DNA of 64,000 nucleotides from Octopus vulgaris (Eukaryota). The DNA lies in the NCBI GenBank assembly GCA_951406725.2, contig OX597827.1, forward strand, positions 6,448,001-6,512,000, written 5' to 3'. The notes under the pieces are model-generated. The model was not told the origin of the DNA. It did no database searches and worked only from the letters and a program-made list of their open reading frames with translations. Positions within the stretch are counted from its first letter, which is position 1; the number at the start of each line of letters is the position of its first letter. Shown piece by piece: positions 13,562 through 25,729 of this stretch. The position numbers were made by a program, and so were the translations under genes.

Positions 13562-13730
13562 GTCATCCTCATCATCATCATCACCACCACCACCACCACC
13601 ACACCAAGAACAATAACAACAACACTATCGTCATCATCGTCATCATCATCATCATCATCCTCATCATCATCATCATCATCATCACCACCACCACCACCGC
13701 CACCACCACCACCACCACACCCATCATTAT
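13225..13730. repeat. Compound (ACC)/(AAC)/(ATC) array with higher-order repetition
   Basis: The motif caccaa(c/g)aacaataacaacaacaccatc recurs about 5 times between triplet runs. Confidence 0.9.
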
Positions 13731-14126
13731 TTAATACCCATTTTTCCATGCTTGCATGGGTCAGACAGAATTTGTTTAGGCAAATTTCCTACAACCAGAT
13801 TCCCTTTTTGTTGCTAAACTTTCAATGATTTCAAGAAAAATAATATTTTTTCATGGCTGGACATGTTTTACACAGAAGGCTGGAAGAGAACAGCCTCACA
13901 TGTAGACAATTATACTCATTTATAATCATCATGTGATATCTAGACGAGATTACACCCCCCCACACACACACACACTTGCATGCACACACACAAAAATACA
14001 CACATGCACAAATATATGTGGACTTCTTTCAGTTTCCATCTACCAAATCCATTAGGAAGGCTTTGGTTAGCCTGAGGCTAATTTAAAAATATATGTATTT
14101 GTCATTTGACATAGAGATAACGTAAC

Positions 14127-14364
14127 AAACACCATCCGAGCGTGGCCGTTCGCCAGCCTCGTCTGGCACCTGTGTCGGTGGCACATAAAAAGCACCCACT
14201 ACACTCACGGAGTGGTTGGTGTTAGGAAGGGCATCCAGCCGTAGAAACACTGCCAGATCTGACTGGCTTGGTGCAGCCTTCGGGCTTCCCAGACCCCAGT
14301 TGAACCGTCCAACCCATGCTAGCATGGAAAACGGACGTTAAACGATGATGATGATGATGATGAT
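14127..14364 (+). mobile_element. RTE-type LINE 3' UTR fragment with (GAT)n tail
   Basis: gagtggttggtgttaggaagggcatccagc...ggacgttaaacgatgatg. The same UTR follows LINE C-terminal-like sequence at 28140-28670. Confidence 0.75.
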
Positions 14365-14594
14365 ATCAAATTAGTTTCATATCTTCATATCTTTGTCGCT
14401 GCAACGTAGCAGGAAAGCAAACCTCGTAATCACACAGCTATGCTTGCACTTATTGTGCTACACTAGCACAAAATCTCATTCATAACTGGATTCAGGATTA
14501 TCCTGAACGTACCAGAAGAAACAGGCCATTCACTACTGCACATTCTTTAGAGAGAAAGCAGGACATCCATCTTCCACTCTGTAATACAAGAGAG

Positions 14595-14826
14595 GGGCGG
14601 TGAGCTGGCAGAAACGTTAGCACGCCGGGTGAAACGCGTAGCCGTATTTCGTCTGTTGTTACGTTCTAAGTTCAAATTCCGCTGAGGTCGACTTTGCCTT
14701 TCATCCTATCGGGGTCGATAAATAAAGTACCAGTTACGCACTGGGGTCGATGTAATCAACTTAATCCCTTTGTCTGTCTTTGTTTGTCCCCTCTATGTTT
14801 AGTCCCTTGTGGGCAGTAAAGAAATA
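14595..14826 (+). mobile_element. Family B SINE, full length, tail 1, 13-bp TSD
   Basis: TSD taatacaagagag at 14582-14594 and 14827-14839. B-box-like gttcaaattcc. Confidence 0.9.
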
Positions 14827-14889
14827 TAATACAAGAGAGACAGAGAGGGATTGTGTAGAGTACAGTAGCTTGACAAAGAAATTCTTCTT

Positions 14890-15168
14890 ATTTTATCTTC
14901 TTTTACATGTCTCTGCCGTTGGATTGCACCCATGCTGCATCCATTCCTTGAAAGGTTTTAGTTGAACAGATCAACATCAGTACTTATTCCTTAAATCTGG
15001 TAGTTACTTATTTGGTCTCTTTTGCTGAGCCACTAAGTTATGAAGATGTAAGTAATCCTACACTAGTTGTCAAATGGAAGTGGGTGAGAACAAACATAAA
15101 ATCAAAGACACACAAATACATTTAGACATAAATACATATATATACATATATATACATATATAAATAAG

Positions 15169-15199
<31 letters not shown>

Positions 15200-15397
15200 C
15201 TTGCTCGCTTAGCCAGCGGGGTGACGTCATTTAAAGGCTAAAACAATGCGAAACGCATTGTGACCAGCGATGCGTAGCAACATCTGATAGCCTGGTCGGT
15301 CACGGTGATCACGATGATATATATGTATATAAATAAATATACACACACACATACACATACACCCACACATATACATATACATACACACACACATGTA

Positions 15398-15445
<48 letters not shown>

Positions 15446-15595
15446 TACAGGCTTCCATGCAGTTTTCATCCACCAGATTCACTCACAAAACTATTGGTCA
15501 GCTCAGAGTTATACTTGCCCAAGGTGACATGCAGTGGGACTGAACCCAAAACCACATGGTTACAAAGTGAGCTTCTTAATCACACATCTATGCTT
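14890..15595 (-). mobile_element. Old family A SINE with a family C 3' fragment (15198-15318, + strand) in its (TA)n
   Basis: 15198-15318 matches the reverse complement of 51112-51225. Confidence 0.75.
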
Positions 15596-16331
15596 GTGTC
15601 AATGAATGGTTTTTTTGAAAGTTGTCATGTTGGAGTGCATACTCGCTTAAGAATTAATGATTTAATTTTTCATTTCAAAATAGACTTCTGAAAACTTTTC
15701 TTGATTATTATATAAAACTATATATAAAACTCACAAATTAGATTACTTTATGCCGAACATTATCAAGGGAAGATATATTTTGCAATTAAGTAAGAACATG
15801 CAATTTGTATTTTCTCGTAAAAAAAGATATGTTCAGCATGCAATTCACGTGCCATAGACTTGCCATAGACATGCAATGTTATTAACAAATAAAATTATGT
15901 GTGTCACACAAACAATGACCTGAATGAATTTATATAGCATCAAATTCTCAACAATAATGTTTAGATCAATTTATATCTATTTGGTATTTTTTTAAACAGA
16001 CTACATCTTAGTTATACATATTTCAATCATTATACTGCCTCTTTTAGCAAACTGCTAAGTTACAGGAACATAGACATTGTCAAGCAGTGGTGGGGGACAC
16101 ACACACACACACATGAATGACAGGCTTCTTTCAGTTTCCATCTAGCAAATTCACTCATATGGCTTTGGTCAGCCCAAAGCTATAGCAGAAGACACTTGCC
16201 CAAAGTGCCCTACAGTGGAACCAAGTGGTGGGGAAGCAAATTCCTTACCACATAGACATGCCTGTGTCTACGTGCAGGAAGAATTAAAAGTCGATGAATA
16301 TAATTTTTTACCTCACTGCATATTTATTTCT

Positions 16332-16782
16332 TATTTCTTTATTGCCCACAAGGGGCTAAACACAGAGGGGACAAACAAGGACAGACAAAGGGATTAAGTC
16401 GATTACATCGACTGCAGTGCATAACTGGTACTTAATTTAGCATGCCAGGCGAAATGCGTTGCAGTATTTCGTCTGCCGTTACGTTCTAAGTTCAAATTCC
16501 GCCAAGGTCGACTTTGCCTTTCATCTTTTCGGGGCCGATAAATTAAGCACCAGTTACGCACTGGGGTCGATGTAATCGACTTAATCCCTTTGTCTGTCGT
16601 TGTTTGTACCTTCTGTGTTTAGCCCCCTGTGGGTAGTAAAGAAATAGGTACTTAATTTATCGACCCCAAAAGGATGAAAGACAAAGTCACCCTCAGCGGA
16701 ATTTGAACTCAGAATGTAAAGACAGACGAAATACTGCTAAGCATTTCGCCCAGCATGCTAACGATTCTGCCAGCTCACCACC
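16332..16782 (-). mobile_element. Family B SINE with an oppositely oriented family B copy (16440-16646) inserted into it
   Basis: 13-bp TSD ggtacttaattta at 16427-16439 and 16647-16659. Confidence 0.88.
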
Positions 16783-16820
16783 TTGATATCTATTTCTAGT
16801 TTATCCACACTCTATACTTA

Positions 16821-17000
16821 CCATATTTTAACGTGTATAAGGAAACCTTGTGTATAGAGAACTCTCTAATTTTGGTCGGCTTAAAATTTGGGAAAAAGGT
16901 TTTGTAAGGGATTATAATACTATCCATATTTAAGAAACTCCTATATTTTTTTAGCCTAATTTTTGACAAAAATGGGTTCTTTATATACATTAAAATATGG
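16821..17000. mobile_element. Tc1/mariner/pogo-type MITE
   Basis: TIRs ccatattttaacgtgtataagg / ctttatatacattaaaatatgg, with TA on the left and CA on the right. Confidence 0.65.
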
Positions 17001-17026
17001 CATTTCTAGTTTATCCCTACTGCATA

Positions 17027-17421
17027 TCTCTTTTCTCTTTTTACTTGTTTCAGTCATTTGACTGCGGCCATGCTGGAGCACCGCCTTTAATCGAGCAACT
17101 CGACCCCGGGACTTATTCTTTGTAAGCCCAGTACTTATTCTGTCGGTCTCTTTTGCAGAAACGCTAAGTAACGGGGACATAAACACACCAGCATCGGTTG
17201 TCAAGCAATGCTAGTGGGACAAACACAGACACACAAACACACACACACATACATATATACGACGGGCTTCTTTCAGTTTCCGTCTACCAAATCCACTCAC
17301 AAGGCTTTGGTTGGCCCGAGGCTATAGTAGAAGACACTTGCCCAGGGTGCACACAGTGGGACTGAACCCGGAACCATGTGATTGGTAAACAAGCTACTTA
17401 CCACACAGCCACTCCTGCGCC
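17027..17421 (-). mobile_element. Family A SINE, full length
   Basis: Head, CORE-like box and tail are all present. Confidence 0.92.
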
Positions 17422-18367
17422 TATATATATACATTTCTAGTTCTTCTACATTTATTTGTAGCTTCACTCATTGAACAATGCTGTAGAGGACTGAGACATT
17501 GGGTTGCATATTACTGAAACACTGTGTTCATATCACTGTGACAGTGTTTCAGTCTTTTCCTAGCAACGATATCTAATTTTTGATGTCTTATGCATTAATT
17601 ATGTTAACACTCTCCTACCTAAAGATAGGCAATTCTGACATGCTATTTCAGTTGGTCAGTTGTGAGTGTTATTGTAATTGAGGGATTGTCTACTTCCTAG
17701 AGACCCAGTATCCTTTTCTATAAGGTAGCAATTTACTATTGCAGTATTGAGGTGGAGAATCTCGGTTAAAAGCCAATAGAAGGAGATAGGAAATGAATTG
17801 AAATGTTTGGTAGAATGGGAAAATGTAAAACTTCATTAGATGTAGCGTCAGAATAATTTATACATTGCTACAGTGAGCAAACAATGAAATAATTCTCTTC
17901 AACAATTCTGTGAAAATATGCCTTGCCAAAGTTAGGGAGGAAAAAATGTCCATTAAGTACAATTAAATACTAAAATTTGATGACACAAATAATCAATATT
18001 GTGTCATAAGTAGATAGGAGTAAACACAATGATAATTTGCCATCATTAAACTAGATGTTTATAACTTTCATTACATTTGCACAATGAAAAAGAGGAAAAA
18101 TAAAAGAAAATTTGATGATTGCCATAATGTATTCACCTGATCTGAAATAAAGCTGAGTGAAATCTAAGTAATTTCCTTCCTAGCAATGAAGCTCCCATTT
18201 GTTAATAGCGTGCACACTTTCACTAAAAATGGCTGTCTTCATGAATAACTATGACAGTAGATTGAAGTGAGGCTGGTGAAAGGAAGGGGGACATTTCACA
18301 ACATTACCAATTATAAATCTGTCTCTTTCACACACTCTCTCTCGCTCTCTCTTTTTCTTTTTCTCAG

Positions 18368-18412
18368 CACTTATCAGTCATTATGAATAATTCAAGGAAG
18401 TATGTTAGGATG
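18368..18412 (+). other. Candidate 45-nt exon (HLSVIMNNSRKYVRM, or start MNNSRKYVRM)
   Basis: Long pyrimidine tract ending ttctcag, consensus donor ATG|gtaagt, length divisible by 3, one open frame, in a ~1.1-kb block with no recognisable repeats. Confidence 0.35.
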
Positions 18413-18584
18413 GTAAGTAACTATTAGCTCTTACAGTTTCATTGCTAAAACATTGAACAAATATTCTTGTCATTTATAGTTATATTTGCTGATCAATTCA
18501 GCATCCTTTATTTTTGGAAGTGATTAATCAGAAATTGGCAACTAAAGATTTTTCTCATACAATGTATTTGTATTAATAAATAGG

Positions 18585-18692
18585 TGCATATATACATATA
18601 TTATACATACACATACACCCAATACACACACACACATGCATACATAAATATTTACAAAATACTTACATTTATACATACATATGTGTGTATGC

Positions 18693-18723
<31 letters not shown>

Positions 18724-18960
18724 TGTATGTATGTATGTATGTATGTATATGTGTGTGTGTCTGAGTATATGTGTATGCATACATATATGTGTGTGTATGT
18801 GTGTATATGCATATATTATATATACACACACATACACACACACATAAACATATATACACATATATACATAGAGAGGCTTGTATATATGTGTGTATTTATA
18901 CTCGCATACACACATACACATGCATGCATAAATAATGCTGCTTCTTACAATATGCATGCA
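18585..18960. repeat. (CA)/(TA)/(TATG) compound microsatellite
   Basis: Directly visible. Confidence 0.9.
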
Positions 18961-20080
18961 TAAATAATGTTTATGTGTTCAATACGTAGTTAGTCTCTAA
19001 TAGAAAGCTCTGAAACATCAACAAACTATTTCTCTTAGCACAAAGAATAATATATAAAGTTGTCATTTACCGATATTTCAAACCCTTTCTCTCCTTGTCG
19101 GTTTTTTTTTTTGCAAATCTATACATCAATGTTTAAATTGTTTTGGCAATCAATGGATATGATGCCTTTCAAGTTTAGAAATTCTCTGTTCCCAATTCTT
19201 TTCAAAGGGCCCTAGATTAAACCCACAATGGCAATCAAGACGATTAGAAGAATTATTTTGCTTCATATTATTTTAGTTGTTGGTTTCAAGAGATTTCCGG
19301 TTGGTTATTTTGTTTATTTATTTATTATTTTCTATTATAGAATTTGAATGAATCACAATACTTCTAAATTACTGAACTGCAATTAAATACTTTAAGAATT
19401 AATTATTAATATTTTGAATTTCAGAAACAAATTCTTTCATTTTTTTTTTTTTTTTTAATATATGTGCATGATTTCATTGTCTCTTTATTTATTTGTTTAT
19501 TTGTTTATTTGTCTGTTTGTTTCTGTTTTATAATGTCAGAATTAAATGGTACTCTAATATTCTATAGTTACACTCAAGTGAATTAACAATAAAACAATTG
19601 TTGAGAATCAGCAGAGCATCAGAGAAAATAGAGCGTAGTTTTTTAATTACATTTCTTTACATTCTATGTTCAAATCTTGACCAAGCTGACTTTGATTCTG
19701 GTCTTTCTAAAGAAGATGAAAATAAGAACCTGTCTACTGACATTAGTGATGCTATTAACTGACAAAAGAATTGAATGCAGTGCTCCAGTATGGCCAGAAT
19801 TCAGTAAATTATGCTACTTAAGAAACAAAAAGGAAATAAAAATTATATTTTGCTGTGGGTTTATTAAATCTACAAATTTGTACACAGTTATGTGAAATAT
19901 GGAAACAAACATTTTCTACAAGATGTGTGTTGATACTCACTATTGGCTTATTTTAATGTTTGTTTCATGTATTATTCTACCTGTTATATAATGGTATGCA
20001 ACATTTCTGTAGTAAACCAAGAGAGATTTCAAAACCTCACAGCTAAAGCATAAAGAAAACAAATTTTCTAAGAGACTAGC

Positions 20081-20490
20081 AAAGTCAATTTCACAAGGAT
20101 GTGTAAAGTCAATTTAACAAGAATGAATGAAGTCAATTTGACAAGAATAGATAAAATCTATTTGTTAAAAGATTTGGTAAAGTCAATTCGTCAAAGATGA
20201 TTAAAGTCATTTTGACAGGGATGGATAAAGTCAATTTGACAAGGATAGGTAAAAATCAATTTCCTAAAAGACTGGTGAAGTCAGTTTATCAAGGATGGTT
20301 GGAGACAACTCAATAAGGTGTGGGTAACATTGATTTATCAACAGAAAGGTAAAGTCAATTTGTTCAAAAATGGATAACATCAGTTTACTCACAGACGGAT
20401 AAAGATGATTTTCTTAAGGGATAGTCAAAACAACTTTTACAAGGATGAATATAATCAGTTTGCTAAGAGATGAACAAAGTCAACTGAACC
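20081..20490. repeat. Degenerate ~24-25-bp tandem array, about 17 units
   Basis: Approximate consensus aaagtcaatttgacaaggatggat. Confidence 0.8.
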
Positions 20491-20565
20491 AACGACAGGT
20501 GTATCTGGTACTTACTTATTTTACATATTCTGGGTAATTTTGAGATGTAAGGTCAAGCCAAAGGA

Positions 20566-20796
20566 ATTTGAGTGCTGGACATTGTTGTAGAGCTGAAAAA
20601 GAGGTAATTTCTACTCTTCTCCTCTGGAAGCCATCTGCTCGCAATACCAGAGGGTGCACACTCTCCTACCCTGATGTAATCTCCAGGGATACAGGCATCC
20701 AGCAACAGGACCTCCGTAATGCCATGATGGACCGTGAAGTCTGGCGTAGCATGGTAAATTCCATTGTCTCGACCACGGTCGAACAATGATGATGAG
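20566..20796 (+). mobile_element. 3' end of an RTE-like LINE ORF with (TGA)n tail
   Basis: AGHCCRAEKEVISTLLLWKP...LSYPDVISRDTG...DLRNAMMDREVWR is typical LINE C-terminal sequence, followed directly by tgatgatga. Confidence 0.75.
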
Positions 20797-21489
20797 AGGT
20801 AGAGATTAGACTAAATTCTTTTAGACATTTAGTTCAGTAGTACTCAGTAATTTCTCACCTCTCAATTACCATTGAATTTCTTAATAAGAACTGCCAGGCT
20901 ATATACTGGTAATGACAGCTATTTCATTTTCAACAAGATGCAAAAAGACATAGTAAGCTTCACAGAATAGTGCTTACAACAGAGAACATGGCTATATAAG
21001 AATATTCTACTTGTCTTAAGGCTTTCAAATCAATATTCCATAGCAAAACAAAGGAAACCCTTCACACACTAATGAAGAAGTTTCTGCTAGAGCCAGTGAG
21101 GGAGCCTCTGCATAGATTATCAACTTACTGTCTTAAAAAAGGAATTCATGGAATAAGGGGATCTCAGGCTCCCTAATATGGGAATAAGATGGGAATTGTT
21201 ATGGCTGAATTGGCTCTGATAGGTCTGCTCAATAAGTTTTGAACTGGGGTTAAAACAACATCAACAACACCTATGTACACAAGATATCACCTTTTTATCT
21301 AATGTGATGCAATTTAGAAATATCCCTAATTAGATTCAGAGTTGAAATCTAATCAGGAGTGACTTAGCTTTCTATTTATCTAGGCTTGATATTATAATTA
21401 TGCATAATGCACTTGTGTTGATTAGAAAAAAAACTAGTCTTATTATTGTTGTTGTTGTTGGTGGTGTTGTTCTGCTGCTGCTGCTGTCC

Positions 21490-21907
21490 TTCTTCTTCTT
21501 CTTCTTCTTCTTCTTATTATTCTTCTTCTTCTTCTTCTTCCTTCTTCTTCTTCTTTTCCTCCTCCTCCTCCTCCTTCCAATCAGGACTCACGCCATTAGC
21601 CACAAAGAATAATCTCTAATTTGAGCCTACTCTAAGCTACTAAGAATGCATGCGACAACTTGAAGATCCACCAACCACACGCGATAGACTGGCGGTTGCA
21701 CAGGCGTTAAAGCTATGTTGTTATCCTCATTTCGTAAATGGTGGCTTTTAACGGGTGGAGAGCTGAACCATCCTTGGGTACAGAGGATTCACAATCTAGA
21801 CTATGGTCTGAAAGTTTACCACACCATAGTGGGTTACACCATGGTTCCTCTGCTTTGTGGCAGAAGTAGGAAGAAAGAGTGAGAGTAAGTTGTGGTGAAA
21901 GAGTACA
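21490..21907 (-). mobile_element. 5'-truncated family C SINE with tail 2 and expanded (GAA)/(GGA)n end
   Basis: 21576-21907 is highly similar to 53510-53841. Confidence 0.85.
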
Positions 21908-22761
21908 AGCTAAACCTAAAGCATACAGAACTCATGGTGGTAGTGAAAGAGTGAAATGGGTAGGTAGGTATTTTCGTGCATGTCTGATTCTTCTGCACAA
22001 TAGACAAAGCTTCTATGTGGTTACATTGCATGCTAGAAATATCCCCCCTCGAGTTCTGTTCTACCAGCTTAAAATGTGAACACATTGGATAATGTGATCG
22101 AGGGGCCCCTTGAATATAAAAAAAATGACTAAATGGCCATGGATGGAATGCTTTTCCTCATGGGTCTGCTTGACCTGGACTGACTTGGAAGTAAATAACA
22201 ACAACAACAACAACAACATTTTCCTCTCCTCATAACAGACATACCTATCTACTAATTTTCCATCATGACTTCTACATAACATTACACAGAACTCTTTTCT
22301 CTTCTGACTTGGAAGTGCCAATAGTTTCCCTTTCCTTTCCAGCTATAGTTTTAATAACACATTTCCTGTACCCTAATAATAATCCAGTAGTATAAAGTGG
22401 GGATAGGAGGAATGATGGGGTGGAGGTAATGCCTTTATGGGGATAGCACTTTTGAGTCTTCTGTATAAACCAGTATAAGCTGGCAGCCATGGGGCTAGGA
22501 TGGGAGGCAAGCTCAATGATTACTATGGGCGCCCAGATTCTAACTCCATCATTGTATTAATCATTGAATTAATGTTTACTTTTCCTTCACAACATGGATT
22601 TTATTAATTAATAATGTTTTTTCCTCACAGCATTGGATACGATATCCCTAACTCTACTATTCATATTACAATTTGATAGTAACCTAATTCTAAAAATTAT
22701 TTTAAGTCCTGTTTTACGCCATTAAAATAGATGCCATGAAGCCTTGTGGTTTAGTAGTGAG

Positions 22762-23174
22762 ACTCTTTACTCTTTTACTCTTATACTTGTTTCAGTCGTT
22801 TGACTGCGGCCATGCTGGAGCACTGCCTTTTTTAGTCGAGCAAATCGACCCCAGGACTTATTCTTTGTAAGCCCAGTACTTATTCTATCGGTCTCTTTTG
22901 CCGAACCGCTAAGTAACGGGGACATAAACACACCAGCATCGGTTGTCAAGCGATGTTGGGGGGACAAACACAGACACACAAACACACACACATATATATA
23001 TACATATATACGATGGGCTTTTTTCAGTTTCCGTCTACCAAATCCACTCACAAGGCTTTGGTCGGCCCTTAGGCTATAGTAGAAGACACTTGCCCAAGAT
23101 GCCACGCAGTGGGACTGAACCCGGAACCGTGTGGTTGGTAAGCAAGCTACTTACCACACAGCCACTCCTGCGCC
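22762..23174 (-). mobile_element. Family A SINE, full length, inserted in the head of a family D SINE
   Basis: Full homology. The flanks gtggtttagtagt (22746) and tttggtttacgatc (23177) join into a tRNA-like head. Confidence 0.9.
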
Positions 23175-23176
23175 TA

Positions 23177-23450
23177 TTTGGTTTACGATCATAAGGTTAT
23201 GAGTTTGATTCCTGGTGAAGCATTGTGTCCTTGAGCAAGACACTTTATTTCATGTTGCTCCAGTCCACTCACATGACAAAAATGAGTTGCATCTGTCACA
23301 TTTGATGTGTTTATGCTGAATCCACCTGAGAACTACGTTAAGGGTGCACACGTTTGTGGAGTGCTCAGCCACTTGCACATTAATTTCGCAAGAAGGCCTT
23401 TTTGTTGATCGAATCAACTGGAACACTCATTGTCATGACCAACAGAATGC
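23177..23450 (+). mobile_element. Family D tRNA-derived SINE (body)
   Basis: gagtttgattcc B-box-like motif, then ttgtgtccttgagcaagacact. Related copies at 27683 and 46548. Confidence 0.65.
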
Positions 23451-23564
23451 CCAGCTTGACAAAATAGATGCATTTCACCTTTTCATGACTGTTCTTTCAA
23501 TTTCAAGCAACAATAAATATCTGAACGAGATGTAAACAGTAACTGCACAATATGAGGTATATTT

Positions 23565-23832
23565 GCCATCTCAATATGGCTAACCACTAAGGGTGGGTGT
23601 TACTGTAGCTTTTTGGCCCCAGGAGATCACCGTCTCCAGCTGGCTTTAGGCACACTTTCTGTGCCCTTATGGTATTTGCAAAGGGAGGTATTTGCCTGTC
23701 TTCAGAGACCTCCCTTTTGCAAATATCATAAGGGCACAGAAAGTGTGCCTAAAGCCAGCTGGAGACAATGATCTCCTGCGGCTACAAGCTACAGTAACAC
23801 CCACCCTTTGTGGTTAGCCATATTGAGATGGC
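23565..23832. repeat. Long fold-back inverted repeat (palindromic MITE-like)
   Basis: ~125-bp arms (23565-23689 and 23706-23832) are complementary with few mismatches around a ~16-nt loop. Confidence 0.92.
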
Positions 23833-24054
23833 TAGTATACTTTACGTCTTTCAATTTCTTTTTACTCTTTGCAAAATATTTTTCTCTAAAATAATTTTCT
23901 TATTTTTGTTGAACAATCTTTATAAATAGTCAATGTTTTTTGTTATTCAATTTATAAAGATTAATAAGCAGCTCCATCAAAATCTATAAAGCTGAAATGC
24001 AAAAAAGTTCTTTGATTTCTTGGTTATTTGTCTCATTTTGGGACGGAGACAGTT

Positions 24055-24180
24055 TAAGGGGCGGTAGATGGGGTCAGATTGGCACCAAAATTTACACTGG
24101 GGGGTAAAATGGTTTGGGCAATGGTGTGAGGAGGGTTGCAAGTTGCTCAGGGCTACCTTTTGGTTGCCATGGTGAGGAAT
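24055..24180. promoter_or_regulatory. Promoter-like motif cluster (GC box, inverted CCAAT, two X-box-like sites)
   Basis: GGGGCGG 24058-24064, ATTGG 24078-24082, GTTGCTCAGGGCTAC 24142-24156, GTTGCCATGGTGAG 24163-24176, in locally G-rich unique DNA. Confidence 0.3.
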
Positions 24181-24609
24181 ATGGGAAAAATTGAGGATTA
24201 TGGGATAGACAGGTTGCGCTGTTTGAATAATGACGGCTTTTCGTGTTGCTGCAGGGGCTAGAGGCGGTTATCTTTAATTTGGGGGTGTAAAAATTTGGGG
24301 GATTTGGGAAAAAGGGGGGGGGGCATCAGCTATGGAGATGATGAGAAGGAGAAAAAAATGAGTGGAAAAAGAGAAAGAAGATAAAGACGAAGAAAAAATT
24401 AAAAAATAAGAAAAAGAAAAAGAAGAGGACAATAAAAAGAACCAGGCAAAGAAGACAAACAAAAGAAGAAAGGGAAAAAGGGGACAACACGCACAAAACA
24501 ACACTACCAACAAAATCCGAAGCACGAGTTAAATAGCTAGTCTTCTTCATAATTCTGAAGATTTGTACTGGAAAAATAGCATTTACCAAATTTATCGTTA
24601 ATATTGAGG

Positions 24610-25230
24610 GTGAACTAAGGTGACGAGCTTGTAGAATTGTTAGCACACCAAGCAAAATGCTTAGTGGTGTTTCATTCATCTTTACCTTCTGAGTCCAAAT
24701 CCTGCTGGGGTTGACTTTGCCTTTCAGTTTTTTTGGGGTCTATAAAATATATATCAGTTGAGCACTGGGAGTGATGTAACTGACTTCCTCCTACTGATAT
24801 TGCTGGCCTTGTGCCAAAATTTGAAATAAATATTGAGAGCGAACTGGCAGACGTGTGGGAAAAAATGTCTTGCAACATTTCTTCTACCTTCTAAAGTCAA
24901 ATCTTGCCTTGGTCAACTTTGTCTTTTCTGTTTTGGGGGGGTCATAAAATAGAGTATTAATTGAGTACTGCAGTCAATGTAATCAACAAACTTTCTACTC
25001 TCAAAATTGCTGATCTTTTGCCTCAATTAGAAACAATTATTATCATTGAATATGGTACATTAGAAAAATAGATAGAATATCAGACAAAAGGTCCTGCACT
25101 ATTTAGTTCCATTTCTTTACATTCCGAGTTCAAATCCCACCATGATCTACTTTGTCACCTATCTACTGGAGTTGTTATAATCAGCTACACACTACTTCCT
25201 AACAATTTGATTGTTTTGTACCTAAGGTAG
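24610..25230 (+). mobile_element. Cluster of three old family B SINEs
   Basis: Repeated decayed gagct(g)gcagaa...ctttac...gtcaaat...ctttg core with ttgtgccaaaatttgaaa-type tails. Confidence 0.65.
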
Positions 25231-25246
25231 AATTATTATCAACAGT

Positions 25247-25654
25247 AGGTGTAACAGTGGCTGTGTGGTAAGTAGCTTGCTTACCAACCACATGCTTCTG
25301 GGTTCAGTCCCACTGCATGGCACTTGGGCAAGTGTCTTCTACTATAGTCTCAGGCCGACCAAAGCCTTGTGAGTGTATTTGGTAGATGGAAACTGAAAGA
25401 AGCTCGTTGTATATATGTATATATATATGTGTGTGTGTGTATGTTTGTGTGTGTGTGTGTTTGTCCCTTGAACATCGCTTGACAACCAATGCTGGTGTGT
25501 TTCCTCCCCTGTAACTTAGAGGTTCAGCAAAAAAGAACCGATAGAATAAGTACTAAGCTTTCAAAGAATAAGTCCTGGGTCGATCAGCTTGACTAAAGGC
25601 GGTGCTCCAGCATGGCCACAGTCAAATGACGGAAACAAGTAAAAGAGTAAAGAG
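25247..25654 (+). mobile_element. Family A SINE
   Basis: Full homology to the other copies. Confidence 0.9.
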
Positions 25655-25729
25655 TCACTGTATTGTACAGAAGGTTAATTGTAAGTAATAACAATATTAT
25701 TGTCCATAAATGTCTATGAAAATAATATG

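Noticed and set aside
17513-17553. 13-bp perfect hairpin as a pre-miRNA
   Set aside because: The stem is too short and does not extend.
22943-23194. Recurrent ORFs such as RRHLPKVPRSGTEPGTMWLVSKLLTTQPLL
   Set aside because: These are antisense translations of family A SINEs, not a gene family.
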